Below, one piece after another: positions 21,823-35,936 of a DNA stretch of 64,000 bases (within the stretch, counting starts at the first letter, position 1; each line of letters begins with the position of its first letter). Both the position numbers and the translations under genes were made by a program. The stretch is from contig NW_026889758.1 in the NCBI RefSeq assembly GCF_033153115.1, positions 43,896,001-43,960,000 on the forward strand, read 5' to 3'. Below the pieces are notes generated by a model. The model was not told the origin of the DNA, did not search any database, and saw only the letters and a program-made list of their open reading frames with translations. The stretch is from Saccostrea echinata. Lineage: Eukaryota.

Positions 21823-24800
21823 GGACGGACGACGGACACCTTACTATCGCATAAGCTCTTCTGGTCTCTGACCAGTAGAGCTAAAAAAGGAAAAATATCA
21901 CATGTAAAATACCTATATAAATTAATATATAAAAACAATGTATTTACACTGCATGTCCATGAGTGCCTACTGGTACAAACAAGTATGCATTTGACCCAGC
22001 CCCTCCCTTCTTTCAAACCATCTCTATGCCCGTGCAAGAAAATTTATCAGTTTGAAGATTCTAAATTACTTTTCATCATTACTTGCAAAATATACATGCA
22101 TCCAGAAAATATCTCTTGCATTATGTTATACACACAATTTTGCCTATTTACAGCATTATACAATCTCTGATGATGCATCACTTAGAATTTCTGAAAGCAA
22201 TTTACACCATGTCAGTTGACAGTGTTTATTGACTGATAATGACATCAGACAATCTTGCTCTGCTTGTGACCACTGATCCAAAATTGAATGCAAGAACCTT
22301 TAATTTGTCCAGTAAAGAGAAATTTAGTAATGTTTCTTTTTAACTGATTTATGCTAAAATAATATTCCCTATGTTGAAAAGTATGGAAGAAAGTGTACAT
22401 TTTAACTGAAATTTAAGCTTATTTGTGAGTGGAAAAAACAATAGAAATAAAACAAAACTAAAAAATGTTCTGTTTGGTTTTTTTCTAAACTTTGACAATG
22501 ATTTTCACTCCAATTGCGATCAGAATACACTTGTCATCAAAAAGTATACATGTATAAAAATATCAAAGGTTTCATTTGATGACCACCTAAAACAGTCTAA
22601 ACAGTACAAAGACAGTCTAGCTGGTATATGTTACAGTGCATTATTTTGTGTACTGACCTGACCATACGATCCTTAAATGCTCTGATAGTTGGTGCTGCCA
22701 CATTTTGTTGGGCTGGAAAAGCTGATAAAACCAGCTTGTATCCTCTTAAAAATCAAAATAATTGTCAAATATTCATCTTTCCTTTCACAAAAAGATTGAA
22801 ATATTAAACTTAGTATATATACACATAAAGTCACGTGCTTGATGATAAATTTCATGATACCTAGTTTATGAATGTTCAAAGTGACCAATTCTTACTTATT
22901 ATGAATAGCTTGTGTTAAAAAGAAATCCTCTGCCAAGTATTTTCCATAATATATCAATCCATTGACATCATCTACTACTGACTTCTTGAACATGTAGGAC
23001 ATTCCTGTACAGCAAGCCTGGCTTAACTGGTTCAGGGCAATGTAAAACCGGGATAAGGCACAACCAAAGTACACCTATAAAATCAACCATACAAGTCTCA
23101 GTAAGTCAACATATTCATCAACATTATTCTGTTTCTTTCAGAGCCTTCACTCTCTCTATAAAATAATTTGATGGAAGTGAGGACAAATGTAAAATTCATT
23201 TATCTTTATTGCAGGGTTAGAGGCATCACAAAGTAAGACATCTCTTCTTCAAAAGCTCTAGCCCCAAGACCATAAACTGAGAATAGACTTAAGTCAAATT
23301 TTTGATTCTCAGTATTTTGAGTTTTATTTTACATAGGTGTTTCGAAATTTGCATGTTTGTTAACTATCTTAAATTGAACAAATGATGAAAATTTTGTTTG
23401 ATTATAAAAATTATTTCAGAAGTTATATTCATTTAAAATTCTGACTTAAGTCTGTTCTAAGTTTATGGTCTTGAGGCCTGATTACAGACACACAAACAAC
23501 ACAAATGTTGATTTCCACCTTCAATTTCATCCTCTGGCTATCTTAATTACTCTGTAGGCTGCATGCATAGGCCTGAACGGTGTCCTAATTATCTTTGACA
23601 ATCCTATTTTAAATTTGATCATGTCTCTTAATCCTATAGTCTGTTCCAAAAGGGAGCTCCAACAACAGTTTAAATAATATCATATAAATTTTGACTTGTT
23701 TTCAAAGAAAAATCAGTAAGCAGTAAAGTTTTCATCATTTTCTGGCCATTTCAGTCAGACTGTATACAAATAAATTGAAACAAAGCAGTGTGACACAATT
23801 TTTCAAAATCTATGGAAATTTACAATGTACTTAATAAGTTAATTTCATCCCTTCTATCAAGCACGTACATGTAAGGGAGTTGTCATTATTTCTGAGTGTA
23901 ATGTAACCTATAAATTGATTTTGAATGTGTACTGCATTGTTATTACTAGAAAACAATGGAAAATAACAAATAATGAGGATCCCTCTCTGAAGTGGCAGCT
24001 ACTTTCATAATGCTTATTTAATCCCCATAAACTGAGGATTTGTTGCTGAGTCAGTGTACTAGCTAAACTGGAGGGTTAAATCTGAAGCAAGAACTTTGGA
24101 GGAAATATGATTTATTAGTACAGCCAAGTTGTAAAACCAATGTTATTTAACAGTATGTATTTTGTCTATGAGATATAATGCAAAAAGTGATGACACTGGT
24201 ACTGTGGGTAAGACTATAATATTCAATAGGCCTTTCTTCTGTTCCCCTAATATATTTCTTTAGCAAGTGAACTTCAAAATGACAAATGATACTCTTACTG
24301 TGTGACTATTGCACCCTATGTCAAAACATTTAAATCTGACTTTGACCTTAGACCTGTTGAACTCCAAATTCAATCTCAAGCCTCTCTGTACTTATTTAGC
24401 AAGTACACCTTAAATTGTCCTCTACAACACACTGTCAAACATTTACTTTGTCTTTTGTAACATGGTATCTCTGTAGCAGGGTCTGTTTTTTCATACTGAT
24501 ACTTAAATACAAGCCCACATACACATACACACATTCATATACAGATATTTATCAGTTGTATTACTCTATTACTATATATCCTTTATCATTACAAGGGACC
24601 AAAATTTGGGTTGAAGATCTGTCATGATATTCAATTGCTTATCATAAAAAGCTAGACTTTGTACTCCACATTTCAAAAATAATAAAACACCCACTTCTAT
24701 TCATTTACATGTATGCTAATTAAGTTATGGACAAGCAAGAAGTGTTCAGTTCAAAGAACATTTTATATTTCAGCTTTATAAACTTACTTTTTCTAAGCTA

Positions 24801-27800
24801 GCTGCTATCCCTTTCTGGTCTGTAACAAATGGCATTTGATGAACTAAACCTACATTTGGCTTCTTCAGTTTACAAGCAAGATCTAGGATGATTTCTGATG
24901 ATGCTGTAGATGTTAAAAAAAACATACTTAGTCATTCTCAATAGCCTACTTTTCATGATATTATTTATTTTGTATGTGATACACGTTGTAACAGGTAACT
25001 TCCAAAAACAACAACTATAAATAAGAATTTTTCTTACCTTTGATCCGACTTGTACTAATCCAAACATTGGGATATTTTGCATTCTCATATGCAGGAGCCA
25101 TGTTAAATACCATTGGATTAATGATACCTTCCTTCCCACCTTAAAATAAGAAAACAGAAAATAATCTAATGACTGCATGGTCAGGGTGATAAAAAAAAAC
25201 TTTTCTGATCAATTTTTCATTACACAAGTACACAAAATCATATAATCACTCATATCTATGGTGCTCTTGCATATCCCCAAAATAAGGTTTTCTTTAAAAT
25301 GCTAAATGTTAAACCTTGCAGGATTTACTATTCTTAATAAACATATTTTATAATCAAATTAACTACATTGTTAAGTAGATTCTACAAGGGATTTTGTTAC
25401 TGAGAGTCCGAAAGTACTTATAAATGAAGAAAACTGAGGTAGTAATGTCTGGGATTTTGATCATCACTATAGTTACCAGGTAACTATGTGGACTGAACTT
25501 CTGTTGTGAATGATAAACTTACTATAGGGTGAAGCCACACCTGGTGATAAAATTTTTTATAAAGGAATATATATTGAATAAATCTGTTGAAGAACAGCAG
25601 GACCATTATAACTCAGGTAAGTGTCATTGCCCATGGGCCTCACATTTTATTTACTTTCTTGCTTCACAATAAACCAAGTGCAATAAGAGTTTTGTTTTAC
25701 TGGTAGTTTCAATGTGGACAAAACAAATTTTTACATCTCATGGAACAAGTGTATAATGGTAACCATTTGACCACAGCTAATTTCACTCCTCCAGAAGAAG
25801 TAGACATGTGCTTTTTTGCATCCTGGTGAAAAATGTCAATATTTTTTTCAAAAATAATTCATTTATAAAGAGAACAGCGCAACGCATAAAATGTATATTT
25901 TTTTGCTTAGCGTTACCCTTGAATTCTCAAATATATAATTAGTGGCCTGACCTGAGTGTTCAAAATAATCTTATAATATATATCTGATATTATATAACAA
26001 TTGATAAAACTGTTCAAAATATGGTTGGAACCATTGAAATATTGCCCCTCCATAATATAAAGCAATTTTTCATATTTGTAACCATTAAAAAAAGCCATCT
26101 ACTAAATTTTTTTTAAAGTTTTATCATCCTTAAGATAAGATCTAGTAAATGAAAGGAGCCTACAGGTTTCTCAAACATGAAAAAATGGAATTCCTTTATG
26201 ATGCTTAATTACCATATCTTGATTCAATATTAAAGTGTACTACGGTATAATTTTTCAGTAAACACAGCAAAATTACATGCTTTAAACCAACATTTTCAAT
26301 GCAAAATGAAGAAAATTGGCCATGAATTTGAGACTTTTTTCAATATCACACAAATGAAATGTATCCAGATTGCCAACAGTCTCTTAGAAAATGGAAATTC
26401 ATATGTTCTTGACTTCTTTAAAATAATTAGATTAAAAGTGAGTCTCTAGATCATTTCTCACATAATTTCAAATTGAATGCCATGAAAGTGCTTCATTTTC
26501 TACATAATTTAAGGATAGCTGTAAATTATGGAAAAAAGTAAGATTGAATTAGTTATGACGTCATAATAGATCTGGCACCAAAATACAGTGCAAACTCTTG
26601 AGGTCACAATCTAGTAAATAAATATATTTACATTCCACATGTATTTTGCTTATAAAGCGTGTGGAAAGCCACACCATTCAAAACACCATAACACGGATGG
26701 GGAGGTCAAAAAGTTAAATAAAGGATGATTTTTACGTATTTTGAGGTCAAAACATTGAACAGCGTGCAACATCATAAGGGAAAATTAAAATTCAGGCTCA
26801 CATGAGCAGTTTAATGGTAGTAACTGATACAATGGCTCATCCAGTAATTGTAACTGTCTAACTTACTCGAAGGATTAGATATGAATTTTTAAACATGTAA
26901 CATTTGTAGACAAAGCAGGGAGTTATAAAATATAAATATAAGCATTGAAACATTATTTTTTGAAAGATGTAGTCTCGATCGTTACTCAATTTGTTTGCAT
27001 ACACCATTGCACTTAAGAGACTATGTATCTTTCAAGTGGACTCTACAGAAATATATGGCCTTTAATATACACACTTCTTCCTTTCCCGTCCACTCCCTGC
27101 TTACCTTGTAAGCGATAAATGTACCTGATTCCCACCAGAACTTACCAGTAAACAGCTGTGAATCCACATTAGGGTATTTCTCTTGCAGTCTTTTCACAAG
27201 GTTAATTGCAGGATCTTGATCATCTGGCACACAGAACAGAAGTTCAAACTAAAGAGAAAATAATACGTCATACATCGATCTGATCAGCACAAAAATGTAC
27301 CACTTTTGAAATATTATTTTATACATGCTTTCTATTATTTAAGTGAAGAGAATTTTTTTAATTACTATTCACTTTTTATGTGGCACTCTAGTCATTCACA
27401 ATACTTGCTTAAGGATGTTGGGGTTGTGTAAGTTTATGGAATAATATTATACATGTATATAAAACAATCCTGGATGTGTTATCAGATACTAGTACTCATG
27501 TTATAAGAGATGAAAAGTCTGGTAAATGCAACTCATGTTTATTTTTCATTTACATACTAGTTTTTTCCTGCGATTTAATCTATTTTGTTCTTTTGTTCAA
27601 TATTCTGGCAAATGAGACATTAAACATTAAAACATTTGATGGTTACTTAGTCTTAGGACAAAGTCCTAATTACATACAGCTAAACTAAAGATAAAGCATA
27701 TTGTCTGAAAGGTTTGCCAGATGAAACTAAAATACACAGAGATTTCCAATGCAGCTTCCATTATTAAGTGTATTGATCATAGTATTCACCGAATTAATTC

Positions 27801-29335
27801 ATGCATTTGTAGCTAGCCTCTAGCAAATTTCAAGCTTACCATTAAATCGGGTGATTTTCAAACAATTACTTTGTCAAAGCAGAGTATTTAAACATGGGAA
27901 AAAAAATGGCTGAAAACAGTGCCATGTTAGATTTATTATACTTTTAGTTGGGTTTTAGGCTATATCTCAATATTTTATTTTACAGCTCTAGCTTATTTAA
28001 TACAGGATTATATGTACCAGCTACTATATAAAAAAAATAACCAGAAGTCTCTGATGAGACTGTAGCTCTACTGGTCTGTTTGTATAACAAAAGAAAAGTA
28101 GCACTTGGATTTGAAACATTGCAACATGCAACAATAAATAGAATTATGTATCTTAATGTAGTCTACTTTTGTGACAAGTTATATTGAAATCAAATGAAAA
28201 CTAGGAGTAGTAGCGTTTTGAAAGCATTTCACGGAAATTTCTATTTTTAGTACCGGTAACCATGACAACACCATTCACCCAAATAAAAAAAAACAGAAAT
28301 ACATATTATGTATCGTAGTGTATTCTAACTGCGTGCCAAATTAGATTGAAATCAGACCAAAATTGTAGGAGGAGTAACGTTTTAAAGGAATTTCACAGAC
28401 ATTTCCATTTTTAGTAACCATGGCAACACTGTTCATCGAATTCAAAAACCAATGCAATAAATTATGTATCTTAGTATAGTCTTCTTGTATGCCTAATTAT
28501 ATTAGAAGCAGACTAAAACTGTAGCAGGAGTAGTGTTTTAAAGGAATTTCACAGAAATTCCTATTTTTAGTAACCATGGCAACACCGTCCATCGAAATCA
28601 AAAACCGATGCACTAAATTATGTATCTTAGTGTAGTCTACTTGTGTGCCAAGTTATATTGAAATCGGACCAAAACTGTAGGAGGAGTAGCGTTTTAAAGA
28701 AATTTCACAGAAATTTCTATTTTTAGTAACCATGACAACACCGTCCATCGAAATCAAAAACCGATGCACTAAATTATGTATCTTAGTGTAGTCTACTTGT
28801 GTGCCAAGTTATATTGAAATCGGACCAAAACTGTAGGAGGAGTAGCGTTTTAAAGAAATTTCACAGAAATTTCTATTTTTAGTAACCATGACAACACCGT
28901 CCATCGAAATCAAAAACCGATGCACTAAATTATGTATCTTAGTGTAGTCTACTTGTGTGCCAAGTTATATTGAAATCGGACCAAAACTGTAGGAGGAGTA
29001 GCGTTTTAAAGAAATTTCACAGAAATTTCTATTTTTAGTAACCATGACAACACCGTCCATCGAAATCAAAAACCGATGCACTAAATTATGTATCTTAGTG
29101 TAGTCTACTTGTGTGCCAAGTTATACTGAAATCGGACCAAAACTGTAGGAGGAGTAGCGTTTTAAAGAAATTTCACAGAAATTTCTATTTTTAGTAACCA
29201 TGGCAACACCGTCCATCGAAATCAAAAACCGATGCACTTAATTATGTATCTTAGTGTAGTCTACTTGTGTGCCAAGTTATATTGAAATCGGACCAAAACT
29301 GTAGGAGGAGTAGCGTTTTGAAAAATTGTTTACAG

Positions 29336-29381
<46 letters not shown>

Positions 29382-30361
29382 GGACGACGGACACCTTACT
29401 ATCGCATAAGCTCTTCTGGTCTCTGACCAGTAGAGCTAAAAACAAAACAAACACTTGATCTGATTTGATGACAGAATAAGAAAAAGACTTCACAAAAGAT
29501 ATTTAGAACTCGACAGATAGGACAGTGTATCTTTGATAATATTACTGACCAAATAAAGTACAAAAAGCATTCAGCTTGTAGTTATTGTCATTACATTTTC
29601 ATATGGTCTGTTGATAGTGTTTTTGATTTTGATACATATTTCTTTGACCTGATGTTACAATGCAAATAATCATCTAATGAATTCAATATTAAGCTACAAG
29701 CTTACATTTGGATATTTCATGGTAAAATGGCTCTCTAGATTTTCCTCCAGTAATGGGTCTACTCCCATCAATGGTTTTATGACAGACACTCCTGGTAAAT
29801 TCTCATCAAACGAGATCAGGTCAGACTTCCGATACAGAACACATTTCCTGGGAAAAAAAATCACAGGTTAAAGACAGTGCACTCTTTTTCTGAATATTTA
29901 CATGCTAGTATGGATATGTTAAAAATTTAATACTTATTACAACTTTTTTGTTTTTAATTATTGTAAATCAAAGATTCCCTTCAGCCAATTTTCTTTTGAT
30001 ATTTTATGTCATTCAATCTTCAACATCACTTGAGTTTTTCTTTCAAATAAATTCTCTACATTTACAAATTACACACAGTAGCAAATACTGAAAATAAAAG
30101 TACTTTATTAAATTACAAAAGAAAAGTTTAATAAGTAACAACAATATTGCTTTCATTAAATTGTAAGTTAACTTTTCTTTTGTAATTTAATTGAATACTT
30201 TATTAATAACTGAACCTAAAATTTTCTGAATTATCTCTATATACTTACGCTCCTATGAAAGACAATATTGACATGAACCAGAAAATAACAAAGAAAATAA
30301 TGGAGACCGTGGCCAGAAAGAACAGGATATAGTCCAAGCTCTGTGGGTCCAGGTAATACAT
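17193..30361 (-). CDS. UGCG: Ceramide glucosyltransferase (glucosylceramide synthase)-like protein, 9 coding exons, 408 aa
   Basis: Exons 30361-30249, 29847-29706, 27248-27146, 25139-25038, 24903-24788, 23074-22896, 22744-22658, 17855-17663, 17384-17193, all GT-AG and phase-consistent (1227 nt). Motifs LPGVSVIKPLMGVDP, FELLFCV.DDQDPA, VGLVHQMP, CTGMS, AEDFF, RMVRW and an N-terminal TM helix. Confidence 0.93.
17663..17855 (-). CDS. UGCG: UGCG-like coding exon 8
   Basis: WIRLRINMMPLVSGLLEPLHE...CVLDYIQLCNIQ. Confidence 0.9.
18430..20148 (-). mobile_element. HINE-like element with 156-bp tandem array, copy 1
   Basis: subTIRs tagctctactggtc / gaccagtagagcta, palindrome agtctc-tgat-gagact, (GACA)n tract. 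About 9-10 monomers of 156 bp (19081 and 19861 in register, 5x156). Confidence 0.88.
20174..21888 (-). mobile_element. HINE-like element with 156-bp tandem array, copy 2
   Basis: Same ends and monomer as copy 1, about 25 bp downstream of it. Confidence 0.88.
22658..22744 (-). CDS. UGCG: UGCG-like coding exon 7
   Basis: GYKLVLSAFPAQQNVAAPTIRAFKDRMV, 87 nt. Confidence 0.9.
22896..23074 (-). CDS. UGCG: UGCG-like coding exon 6
   Basis: VYFGCALSRFYIALNQLSQACCTGMSYMFKK...YLAEDFFLTQAIHN, 179 nt. Confidence 0.92.
23260..23478. mobile_element. MITE with ~43-bp imperfect TIRs
   Basis: gccccaagaccataaactgagaatagacttaagtca... versus ...tgacttaagtctgttctaagtttatggtcttgaggc. Confidence 0.7.
24788..24903 (-). 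CDS. UGCG: UGCG-like coding exon 5
   Basis: SSEIILDLACKLKKPNVGLVHQMPFVTDQKGIAASLEK. Confidence 0.9.
25038..25139 (-). CDS. UGCG: UGCG-like coding exon 4
   Basis: GGKEGIINPMVFNMAPAYENAKYPNVWISTSRIK. Confidence 0.9.
27146..27248 (-). CDS. UGCG: UGCG-like coding exon 3
   Basis: FELLFCVPDDQDPAINLVKRLQEKYPNVDSQLFT, 103 nt. Confidence 0.92.
28039..29442 (-). mobile_element. HINE-like element with 156-bp tandem array, copy 3
   Basis: Same termini; about 7-8 monomers; lies in UGCG intron 2. Confidence 0.88.
29706..29847 (-). CDS. UGCG: UGCG-like coding exon 2
   Basis: KCVLYRKSDLISFDENLPGVSVIKPLMGVDPLLEENLESHFTMKYPN, 142 nt. Confidence 0.92.
30249..30361 (-). CDS. UGCG: UGCG-like coding exon 1 (N-terminal TM anchor)
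   Basis: MYYLDPQSLDYILFFLATVSIIFFVIFWFMSILSFIG. Acceptor just upstream of ATG implies a further non-coding exon. Confidence 0.85.
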
Positions 30362-31038
30362 TTTCTGAGGATAAAATAAAGTAGACTTCTTTAGTTAAAA
30401 AAATCTGTTTATAGTGAAGAAAAAATGCTAGAACAGAAGAATACAAAATTTGTCAAAGATAAATCTAATTGCTTATTATTTTATATCAAAACAAAACTCC
30501 TAAATTCCTCTGTCAATGTCTAGTCAAATTTTATTATATGGCATTTTAAAATGAACAAATTAACCATTGTCTGGATTATAAAAATCAATCAAATGTCTAC
30601 AATGAAAACATGCCAATTTACAATGATAATAATCCTTTTAAAATTGTCCATCTGTAACAAGCCAGAGAGCACAAGACCTACACGAGACTTTAAATACTGA
30701 AACGTATACTAAAAAATTCCAATTCTATTAATACATGATCTTGACCAAATCAATACATGTCTCCTCATGAAGCCAGTAAGGAGCTTTTAAAGTATACCCT
30801 TAACAGCATTTTCTCAAGTTATTCTATCATTAAACCCTCGGGTACACAATCATGAAATGTATACATATAGCCATCATTAATAGCAATCTTTAATAATATA
30901 TTATGTTAATTTACATCTTAAAAACATATTAAATTGCAGAAATTGAACTTCATCCTTAAAGTTTTGAATTATGTGTGTAAATATAAGGGCAAATGTATGA
31001 TAATGTCTACATAAATTTTAGGTAATATATCATCATAA

Positions 31039-31425
31039 CAGGGCTGTCAACATCATAAAATGAAAAATCGTGAGAATATATAGGTCCAAGGGCCACTCAG
31101 ACACCTAGAGACTGGATATTTTTCCATTTATCTATTATTCCGTCAAAATGATTGAGATCGCATTAAGTTATAGCATTGAATCAAAAACTGACAATTAATA
31201 CAATCAAGTGCTGTAAGAACTATGGGGTTTTTTTTTTTAACTTTAATTTATAGTGAAAACTGAAGGACAGGTATAGAAATATCATTATTTAAAACTATTG
31301 ACAGAGAGAAACGGAAAACGTAAGGATAAATAGATAAACTGTAAGGCATAAACCCAGTACATACACCAGTATAAGATGCTCAAATCGTAAGCCTTACCCC
31401 AAAATCATAAGGGTTGGCAGTTCTG
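31039..31425. mobile_element. Degenerate MITE (CAG-terminated TIRs)
   Basis: cagggctgtcaac ... gttggcagttctg. Confidence 0.45.
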
Positions 31426-34400
31426 TACTGACTGAGCTATTTGTAAAGCAAAATTGAAAGGATAAAGCCCCCACCCACCCCATTCAGTGTACCAGTTATT
31501 TATATTAAAATTAGAAGCTAATCTAGAACATTCATTCTTACCACTTCTTCACAGAAGAACTGTAAATCTAGCCAGCTAATGGTGGTGGTGGTGGTCACTT
31601 TGAATACATTCACACTTCTTACATCTAACCAATTAACAGCTATAGAAAATGTGTCAACTGTGTCATTCTGTTAGCTAAAACAAATAAAAATGAGCAAATA
31701 TAAAAGAAATTAAAACTGCATGATCTAGATACTAAAAATGTATGCATGCTGGTTTGCTTCTAAGATGAATGCATTATATATAATTGAGCTTAATTAAAAC
31801 CTGCATGATTAAAAAAAAGTGAACAAAAAATTCTACATTACAAAAAAATCCAAATTACATATTTAATCATGTGAATGAATCTATATCTGAAAGTAAGCTG
31901 ACCAAAAAAGCTGGCAAAAAAAGTTGAATAACCATATAAGTTTGAAGGACTCGGTCTGATTCAGCTAGTTCAGTTTCATATTTAACAAACATTCAATCAA
32001 AGTTTGAATAAATCCTCCAAATTTAAACAGGTAACAGTGATCAATATTAAGAACAGAAAACCCACACCTCATTCCTATATTTATGCTAGGATTTAAAACC
32101 TAAAACAAACTTGGAAGCTCTCCAGGTATGTAAAACCTTCTTCAAAGTGAAAGTAATTACATGACACTTATACAGGTACTCGTTAAGTGTTTCAGCATGA
32201 AAGGTGTCTTAACTAGAAATGACTTACAAAGTGAAATTAAAGTGTTAAAATTGAATGTAAAAGGTTTTTGATGAAAGATAGAACTCACTTAAAATGATTT
32301 CAAACTATACAAATAAGAAATTCAGGCTTCAAAAAAAAAATCTCTGCACATGAATTAAATATGTGAGGTACACCTGTCCATAAAAAAGTTTTCTAAAAAA
32401 ATTCATAACACAGACAATTATTATCCCTTATATTTTTAAACACACATCTTTGAATCTTTTTATGCTAAGTATGCACAAAATAATTCACATGTCCCTCGTT
32501 TAGTTAATATTCAATAACATATGAATCACATATATCCATCATGCATTAATTAAAATATAAATCAAAACAATATAGACAATTAACATACCAAAGAAACAGA
32601 TCTTAATATTCCTAGTCAATGAAATACCTTTGTATGTTAAACAATACCATTTATGGCATAATACATTTCATCTCAGAGTCATGTGAACATTACCTCGACA
32701 TTTTGCAATATCTATACCTAAAGATTGCTTGACTAAATGAACCTGAAAGAATTCTGTGAACTCCTAAGTCAATACTCGGAGAACATTCAACTGGGAATGT
32801 CAACATCTGTTTACAGACAGTGAAAGGGATTTATTTATTTCCATTTCAGCTACTGAATACTTATAAGCTACCTCAAAGAAAATGAAAGAAAACATGTTCT
32901 ATTTAATTGTTATCTGCAGGAACATGCACAATAAATAATATCATGTCTTTACAAAATAGCTCATTAATTAACAATTTGAGTAATGAATGAAATTAATACG
33001 GAAAGAACCAAATTTTACTTAGAACAGCTTTATGATATAAAGTATCTTCTACAGCAAATATGTATAAACCATTAACAGCTTAATTCTTAATTAAAATGAA
33101 TCAATTTGATTATGTCTGTACATATACATAATTAAGAGACTTTATTTTTTACTTTTAACAAACATTTCCTATAGCAAGGTTATTGAAGCTTTTTTGGATA
33201 CAAAAGGGTATCATAATTGTTGACATTGATGTGTATATATACATGTAGCTAGTTTCACTTCAACATGAATTTTAGAACACTTTTTAAACTCAAAATATGT
33301 AGTTGAACTTTGATATCTCAAACATCAATATCTTGAATACCATGGTTTGATTGATTATAAGATGTTACACATCCCATTCAAGAATTTTTCACTCATATAA
33401 AGATGTCGATCACCATATGCTGGTGCTTCATGCACCTATACTCGGAACTCAGGGCCATTGAAAAAGCAGCAAGGGTTCTTCATAATGCCAATGCCTACCA
33501 TCACAGTATGGACCTCAGTTTTTAAGGTCTCATCCAAAAGACCTGTGACTTTCACTTCAAATGTTGGGTATTTGCTAAAGGAATAGTCACTATATACCTT
33601 TGCTTACGTCTTGGGTTTGAGAAATGAGAACTGAATTGGGCCATCCGATCACAAAGTAAATGCCCTCCCACTAGGCTACTGTGACAGGTTGAATACCATA
33701 GATATATTCAAGTGAGTTGGAACAAAGTCTCACTTTTTTCTTATATATTTAAATTTAACCTCAATATCTTGAACTCTCTGATATCTCGAGGTTTTTTCTT
33801 GGTCCCATATTGAGTTTGAAATAATGAGGCTTGCTTGACTATTTTAATTCATATTAACTCATAAAATGCTTAATATGTTATTACTTTTCAATCATTTACA
33901 TTCTCTTGAAAATATCTTTCTACACAGTAATTTAACAAATACACTACTTAAAAACTTCTTTTTATTTAGTCACACTACTTCTAAATAAATTTCAGTAAAT
34001 TAATTTATATACATCGAGTAATTATAGTTTTTCCTAATTTAAAACATGCTTGAATGTGTAGTCATATTGCAAATCAATTTTACAGAAAATAAATGAGTAA
34101 TCATTATACTGGTATCTCTATTTTCTTAAAATATACAGATAATCTGAACACTACCTGATGTGTATAGAACTTGCCCCCTTAGTGTGACACACGGAGTGAC
34201 ATTGGAGGAGACAATGATCATTTCCTGTTGGACGTAAGACAGTTAAGTGTATACAGACTGTACACTACATGGAGTAGGAAAGCTTATTCCCTTCCTGCCA
34301 GAGAAACTGAGATCAGCTTCCTGTATCATGTATCTTAAGAACTCCATTATCTCTCTTTTAAAGGGGTATATATATGTACATGATTTGGACCTTTGTTAAG

Positions 34401-34849
34401 TACCAGCTTAATAAGACAGTGTATACACGTACTAGCTGCCAATTTTCCTTCAAGGATGAATTTCTTAATACTTACATACACAAATCAATGTTTGTAAAAG
34501 AAAAACTTGTAGTACTGTTTATTTTAAATTTATAGCAATTGCTATCTTGTGTGTATAAATGTAGACTAGCTGATAGGGGTCTTAACCATTTACTATTTAT
34601 ATGTAGTTATAAAAATAATTATATTAATTAAAATGTTTATTACAGTTAGGTTTTGTAATATAGATTATAATTAAGACAGGCCAGAAAATAAAAATTAATA
34701 AAAGGAAACTACAATTCATTAATGTGAAAAAAAGGCATCTAAAATACTTCTTCAAAAGTATTAAAGTACGACAAACCAAAAAGTACATTTAATTGTTACC
34801 AGAAATGAAACACTTCACTTTTCTTTATAATATCATTACATGTACTAAT

Positions 34850-35013
34850 AGGGTTGTCCCTAAGAATTAAAATAGCTGGGGACATTAAAAAAAGTAGAAG
34901 GGGGTCTTGGGTTCCTCTCTAAACAGGGAGATGAGGGGAATACAGGAGTAACAGGGATTACAACATTATAGGTGGGGGAAATTCCCCAGCCCCCAGGTCT
35001 TATAGACAACCCT
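34850..35013. mobile_element. Small MITE-like inverted repeat
   Basis: agggttgtccctaaga ... tcttatagacaaccct. Confidence 0.45.
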
Positions 35014-35936
35014 GATATTACACTAGTAGTAAATCTGCTCTGAAGTTATTGCAAAATTAAGGGCTTAATGCAGCATATGTATATGCCACCACAAAACTTG
35101 AATTAATTCAGAATTATTATGCTTTAACTTTATAATAATTATCCTTCCACTCTAACAAATCAAAACTAACAGTCAACAATGTCATATGCAAATTTGATAA
35201 AATCACGAAAGAAACTCATTATATGATATAATTACATGTATAGCCACATGGGTTAATCCTTATAGAACATGAAAATTTTACCTGGTAGATCTTGGTCTTA
35301 GAAATTATAAGTACAGTACCAGGTATTTATACATTATTGGAGACTACAAGTGATCTGGAGTTATTTTAAAGCAATTGCCTTATAAATCTACTAGAATTTG
35401 AAATCCATCCAATATCTTTTAGTAATGAATAAATATATTACAAAGATACCCAGAGTATTGCATTCAAGAACACATTTATAAACTGACATTTAAACACTAG
35501 TGTGTATTTGTGTTTTTAAGGTTCAAACTTGTTCATAAGATGGTACCAGGTAGTTAAATTTAAGGATTCACTAAAGATTTTAATTGATGGACAATTTATA
35601 CATTCAACTATACACATATATATAAATGTAATATAGGGACATTTTTCCATGCAACTTTTAGATGAACTTTAATAATCATGTACATGCAATACCATAGGAG
35701 ATGATATCACATCAGGATCGACAACTGAGAGATTATCAAAGTGATTAATACAAGTAAAATTAAGTTATCATAAAACAAACAGATTTCTCATTCAGAGGAA
35801 AAAACCACTAACTGATGTAATAATATAAATGCAACTGATGTAATAATATAAATGCAGTTGAACTGAAGAAAAGATGACCATTGTCAGAATTTCTGGACAT
35901 TTAATTCTAGCTGCTATTCTTGAATACACATCATTT

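Noticed and set aside
18430-21888. CRISPR-like regular repeats
   Set aside because: Monomers are contiguous 156-bp tandem units without unique spacers, in a eukaryotic intron, with no cas genes.
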